From assembly GCA_900317835.1 (NCBI GenBank), contig ONIL01000007.1, positions 3,527-67,526 on the forward strand: a DNA stretch of 64,000 nucleotides, given 5' to 3'. The notes beneath the pieces are model-generated. The model was not told the origin of the DNA. It did not search any database and saw only the letters and a list, made by a program, of their open reading frames with translations. A program made the translations under genes and the position numbers. Below, piece after piece: positions 60,056 through 64,000 of the stretch. Origin of the DNA: an uncultured Prevotellaceae bacterium (GTDB lineage: Bacteria; Bacteroidota; Bacteroidia; Bacteroidales; Muribaculaceae). Numbering within the stretch: position 1 is the first letter of the stretch; each line of letters begins with the position of its first letter.

Positions 60056-61183
60056 TTAATTCTGAGGATTGAGCAACTTATTCCAGTAGTCAAGATAACG
60101 TTGGGCAACTACTGGTGCGGCATTGTGCTTCTCAACAAAGATACGGCTCGCACGGGACATTTGCGGAAGTTGGTCACGATGCTCAACCAGCCAAGCCAAC
60201 TTATGGTCAATATCACCCTCGACTAGCGGCGACACGTTGACGATTGGCTGATTGACTGTCTCGCCAATAAGGTCATAGTATTCAGGCTCTGCACCCGACA
60301 CAGCCACTAGGCCTTGAGCCATCGCAATCAGGGCGTTAGTCCCTGGTGTATAGCTGTACAGTTGATCCAGAATAACATGCGAGGCCCGCATACGCCTTGT
60401 GTATTCATCGTATGGCAGATTCTCCACGACCTCAAGTTCAGTAAGTCCCGGGTAACGGTCATGCACACGCTTCATAGCAGCCAATAGGCGATCGGTACCT
60501 TTGATGACGTGACGGTCGCGCTGGATACCGATAAAAAGGCGCACCTTATCAGGCACCTCATTAAGCGGACGGAATTCAAGAGACTCTGTATCAACGGGAA
60601 TGCCTGCGTAAGCCACATGATCTCCCATCAACGGCTTATAGGCAGCATAGTACTCATACAGGCAAGCCACCGCACCGTCAATTCCTGCCAGAATGTGATC
60701 ACTGTGTTCTCGCATGAACGGCTGTTTCCAGTTGTCTTGCTGTTGGGCAATATACTCACTGGAACCTACATAGGGCGATGGCTCATCACCAAGCATATAA
60801 TCACTGTAACGGAAGGTGTGGCCATCATGACATGCGTCATAGTAAACCATGTCAGTACCAAGCGCCGACAACACCATGTGGCGGTTATGGGCCTTGAGGT
60901 AATCAAACACGCGAGCATTGCGATGGGGCCTTAGCCTCAGAAAAATCGGGGATGCTATCTGAACGATGTCATAACCCGTCATCTTGGGCAAGGCTCGTTG
61001 GATATCATACACATAACGCAACGTACCCATTAACCCTGGCCGCCGCAACAGGTTAATGTCACGACCCGTGTTCATCCAGCGTGACCCGTCGGATGCCACT
61101 GTCGCCTCGTGACCCATGCGTCGCAGTTCGTGGGCCAGGCAGTTGTGCATGTTGCTTGCGTCTCCCGCAAATAATATTCTCAT
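60056..61183 (-). CDS. Glycosyltransferase (GT-B fold)
   Basis: MRILFAGD, LDQLYSYTPGTNALIAMAQG, FVEKHN. Confidence 0.82.
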   Translation of the reverse strand: MRILFAGDASNMHNCLAHELRRMGHEATVASDGSRWMNTGRDINLLRRPGLMGTLRYVYDIQRALPKMTGYDIVQIASPIFLRLRPHRNARVFDYLKAHNRHMVLSALGTDMVYYDACHDGHTFRYSDYMLGDEPSPYVGSSEYIAQQQDNWKQPFMREHSDHILAGIDGAVACLYEYYAAYKPLMGDHVAYAGIPVDTESLEFRPLNEVPDKVRLFIGIQRDRHVIKGTDRLLAAMKRVHDRYPGLTELEVVENLPYDEYTRRMRASHVILDQLYSYTPGTNALIAMAQGLVAVSGAEPEYYDLIGETVNQPIVNVSPLVEGDIDHKLAWLVEHRDQLPQMSRASRIFVEKHNAAPVVAQRYLDYWNKLLNPQN

Positions 61184-61269
61184 TGCGACAGCAAAAGTAG
61201 GACTTTTTTTGCGAATTATCAAAAAAAGCAGTACCTTTACCCCAACTAATCATGCTACATTCCGGTATT

Positions 61270-62250
61270 ATGGAGGTTTCTGTCATCATTCCCGTCTATA
61301 ACCGCGCTGCTGTGGTGGGAGCCACACTCGACAGCGTTCTCGCACAGACTCACCGCCCACTGCAAGTGGTGCTGGTGGACAACTACAGCACCGATGACAC
61401 GCTACACACGCTGGAACAGTTCAAGCTGGACCATGAGAGCGAGGACTTCAAAGTGGTTGTCACGCGCGAAGAGCACCACACTGCTGGTGCGGCCCGCAAC
61501 CGCGGATTTGAGCATGCGACCGGTGAGTGGATCCTGTTCTTTGACAGCGATGACCAAATGGCCGAGGGGTTAGTGGCTTCCTATGTCCGTGTTATTGAAA
61601 AAGCCCGGGAGAAAGGTAAACCGTTGGACTTGATCAGCGTTCGGTCAACGCTTGTCTTTCCCGATGGTAGCAGTCGCGAAGCTCCATTTCACAGGAACGA
61701 CCTGTTTGCCAACCACATTCTTCACGGCCAGCTGGCCACACAGCGCTATGCGGTGAGGAGGGATTTCTTTGCTGCTACCGATGGATGGAACATCGACCTG
61801 CCAGGATGGAACGATTGGGAACTGGGATTGAGGTTGTTGCTCGCCGCTCCACAAGTCTCATTTGACCGCAGCAAATCCCGAGTGACCATCAACCACAATG
61901 GGAACGACTCCATTACCGGCACCGAGTTCCACAGCCGTCAAGGACAATGGGAATATGTCATTGACATCATGATTAACGAGATCAGGTGTTCTAAACTCAA
62001 GCCTGAATACAAACTGCGCTTCGAGCGGTTACTGGAATACAGGCGCATGGTGCTGGCTGCACAATATCAACGCGAGAATTATCCCGACCTGGCTAAGCCT
62101 CTTTGCCAACAAGCCTACAGAGCGCTCCAAGAGACCTATCATGGGTCACGTCGATGGCGATGGATTGTTGGCCCAATTACCCGCCGATTGTTCACCCGTA
62201 TTGCAAGTGGAAAACGTGGGTCGGCACGCATCGCACGAATCCTCTACTAA
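61270..62250 (+). CDS. Glycosyltransferase family 2
   Basis: VSVIIPVYNR, LVDNYSTD, AARNRG, LFFDSDD. Confidence 0.9.
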   Translation: MEVSVIIPVYNRAAVVGATLDSVLAQTHRPLQVVLVDNYSTDDTLHTLEQFKLDHESEDFKVVVTREEHHTAGAARNRGFEHATGEWILFFDSDDQMAEGLVASYVRVIEKAREKGKPLDLISVRSTLVFPDGSSREAPFHRNDLFANHILHGQLATQRYAVRRDFFAATDGWNIDLPGWNDWELGLRLLLAAPQVSFDRSKSRVTINHNGNDSITGTEFHSRQGQWEYVIDIMINEIRCSKLKPEYKLRFERLLEYRRMVLAAQYQRENYPDLAKPLCQQAYRALQETYHGSRRWRWIVGPITRRLFTRIASGKRGSARIARILY

Positions 62251-62323
62251 ATCTTTGCAACTCGGTTGCACGGGATTGTGTGTATCTTTGCCTCCACAAT
62301 GATGATTAAACGGAGACAATGAT

Positions 62324-64000
62324 ATGATACACAGTCAAGAACACGAGAACACCCATTGTCACAGCCATGGTTGCAGTTGCTGTGATGACGCAAATCAACA
62401 CGTTCATGCCCAGGAAGAGGAAATGAGCTGGTGGAAACCGGCCCTATCGCTGGTATTGCTGCTGACAGGTATTGTAATGAGTGCGACAGACGTGCAGTGG
62501 TTCCAGAATGGTTGGGCCAGGTTGATCTGGTATGCAGTAGCATGGTTACCCACAGGATTCGGTGTCCTGCGCGAAGCTTTCGAGAGCATCCGAGAAGGTG
62601 ACGTGTTCAACGAATTCCTGCTGATGTCTTTGGCCAGTATAGGTGCATTTGCCATCGGTGAATACCCTGAGGCAGTGGCCGTCATGACACTTTACTGCAT
62701 TGGAGAGGCACTACAAGACCGTGCTGTGAGTCGTGCCCGTAGCAATGTCAAGTCATTGATTGCCTTTAGGCCTGATCATGCTGTGGTTATCATCAACGGT
62801 GAGCGTCACACCGTCGAACCTGCTGATCTCAAGGTCGGTGACACCGTTGAGGTGAAACCCGGTGAACGTGTTCCCATTGACGGGATATTGAAGGAAAGAG
62901 CGGCAGCTTTTGACACTGCTGCCTTGACAGGAGAAAGTGTTCCACGCATCATCGAGGACGGAGACGAGGTATTAGCCGGAATGATCGTTTGCGAGAGTAT
63001 CGTTCACATTCAAGTCACTCGCCAAGCCAGCGAAAGCGCTGTGTCACGCATACTCCACATGGTTGAGGAAGCAGCCGAACGCAAAGCCCCTGCCGAACTG
63101 TTTATCCGGCGTTTTGCCAGGATTTACACCCCCGCTGTGGTGGGACTGGCCGCATTGGTTGTTGCGGTGCCATGGTTCTATTCAATTGCCAACCCGTCGT
63201 TCAGTTATATTTTCACCGAATGGTTGCACCGTGCACTCATCTTCCTGGTTATCTCTTGCCCATGTGCATTGGTTATCAGCATTCCCCTGAGCTATTTTGC
63301 GGGTATAGGGGCCGCCTCACGGCGAGGAATACTATTTAAGGGAAGTAATTACCTGGACGCAATGGCTCAAATCGGCACTGTCGTGTTTGACAAGACAGGA
63401 ACTCTAACCACAGGAAACTTTGCCGTGAGCCAAGTCCATGGCTTGACTGATGAGCAATTAGCCATCATCGCAGCAATCGAACAGGATAGCCCTCACTCGA
63501 TTGCACAAGCCATCACTAACTATCACAAACCGGCTGATGTGAAGGTGGACAACCTGAAAAATATTGCTGGTTATGGCATGAGCGCTATCGTGGAAGGCGA
63601 CACATGGCTCGTTGGTACACCCAGGCTACTGAGGCATGAGCACATCGATTTTCCACCCGAGTTAAATGAGGTCGTTGGGACGATAGTCACCGTGGCGGCC
63701 TGCGGAAAATACCTTGGTTATCTCCTATTGAATGACAAGCCCAAGGAAGACGCAGGCATGGCCGTCACAGGACTTAATCGAATGGGCATCGAGACCGTGA
63801 TGCTATCAGGTGACAAACAATCACTGGTGAGCCAAGTAGCCGGGCAACTGGGCATTAGCAAGGCATACGGTGACCTGCTGCCACAAGACAAGGTAGACCA
63901 CATCGAGCAAATGATGACACGAAATGAAAAGAATAAGCAAGTAGCCTTTGTGGGCGACGGTATCAACGACGCACCGGTTCTAGCAATGAGCGACGTCGGC
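62324..64000 (+). CDS. Heavy-metal P1B-type ATPase (CadA/ZntA-like), truncated by the window end
   Basis: Not in the ORF track. ATG 62324 gives MIHSQEHENTHCHSHGCSCC; LTGES, ISCPCAL, FDKTGTLT, MLSGD, FVGDGINDAP; TATCTTTG promoter upstream. Confidence 0.93.
   Translation, partial: MIHSQEHENTHCHSHGCSCCDDANQHVHAQEEEMSWWKPALSLVLLLTGIVMSATDVQWFQNGWARLIWYAVAWLPTGFGVLREAFESIREGDVFNEFLLMSLASIGAFAIGEYPEAVAVMTLYCIGEALQDRAVSRARSNVKSLIAFRPDHAVVIINGERHTVEPADLKVGDTVEVKPGERVPIDGILKERAAAFDTAALTGESVPRIIEDGDEVLAGMIVCESIVHIQVTRQASESAVSRILHMVEEAAERKAPAELFIRRFARIYTPAVVGLAALVVAVPWFYSIANPSFSYIFTEWLHRALIFLVISCPCALVISIPLSYFAGIGAASRRGILFKGSNYLDAMAQIGTVVFDKTGTLTTGNFAVSQVHGLTDEQLAIIAAIEQDSPHSIAQAITNYHKPADVKVDNLKNIAGYGMSAIVEGDTWLVGTPRLLRHEHIDFPPELNEVVGTIVTVAACGKYLGYLLLNDKPKEDAGMAVTGLNRMGIETVMLSGDKQSLVSQVAGQLGISKAYGDLLPQDKVDHIEQMMTRNEKNKQVAFVGDGINDAPVLAMSDVG

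Overview
64 kb of a Bacteroidales chromosome. TAnnTTTG sigma-A promoters, the conserved acpP-fabF-rnc and HU-rhomboid-rhomboid-EEP gene orders, and many dockerin-tailed secreted proteins suggest a rumen/gut Muribaculaceae-like organism (inference). Core content: fatty-acid genes, rnz, ruvC, SRP RNA, tatD, polyprenyl synthase, hut operon, arc (arginine deiminase) operon, greA/HIT, glnS, tsaC, fmt, glycosyltransferases and a truncated heavy-metal P-type ATPase. No CRISPR array, tRNA, rRNA or transposase was seen. Highlights: (1) an unannotated ~110-nt leader (39-nt stem-loop, 24-nt spacer, terminator-like hairpin) occurs twice, in front of two transcription units of a probable extracellular nucleic-acid scavenging locus; it is a candidate new riboswitch or attenuator, with a competing leader-peptide reading; (2) a cobalamin-riboswitch operon of BtuH/BtuG/BtuJ-like proteins that are not lipoproteins and carry dockerins or a CTD-like tail; (3) a secreted protein of alternating cohesin-like and dockerin modules that could scaffold such proteins; (4) an 81-bp palindromic tandem repeat whose second copy forms the apparent promoter of the hut operon; (5) an orphan promoter-terminator unit (candidate sRNA) and a terminator in the greA leader. 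All calls come from motif recognition by eye; no database searches were run.
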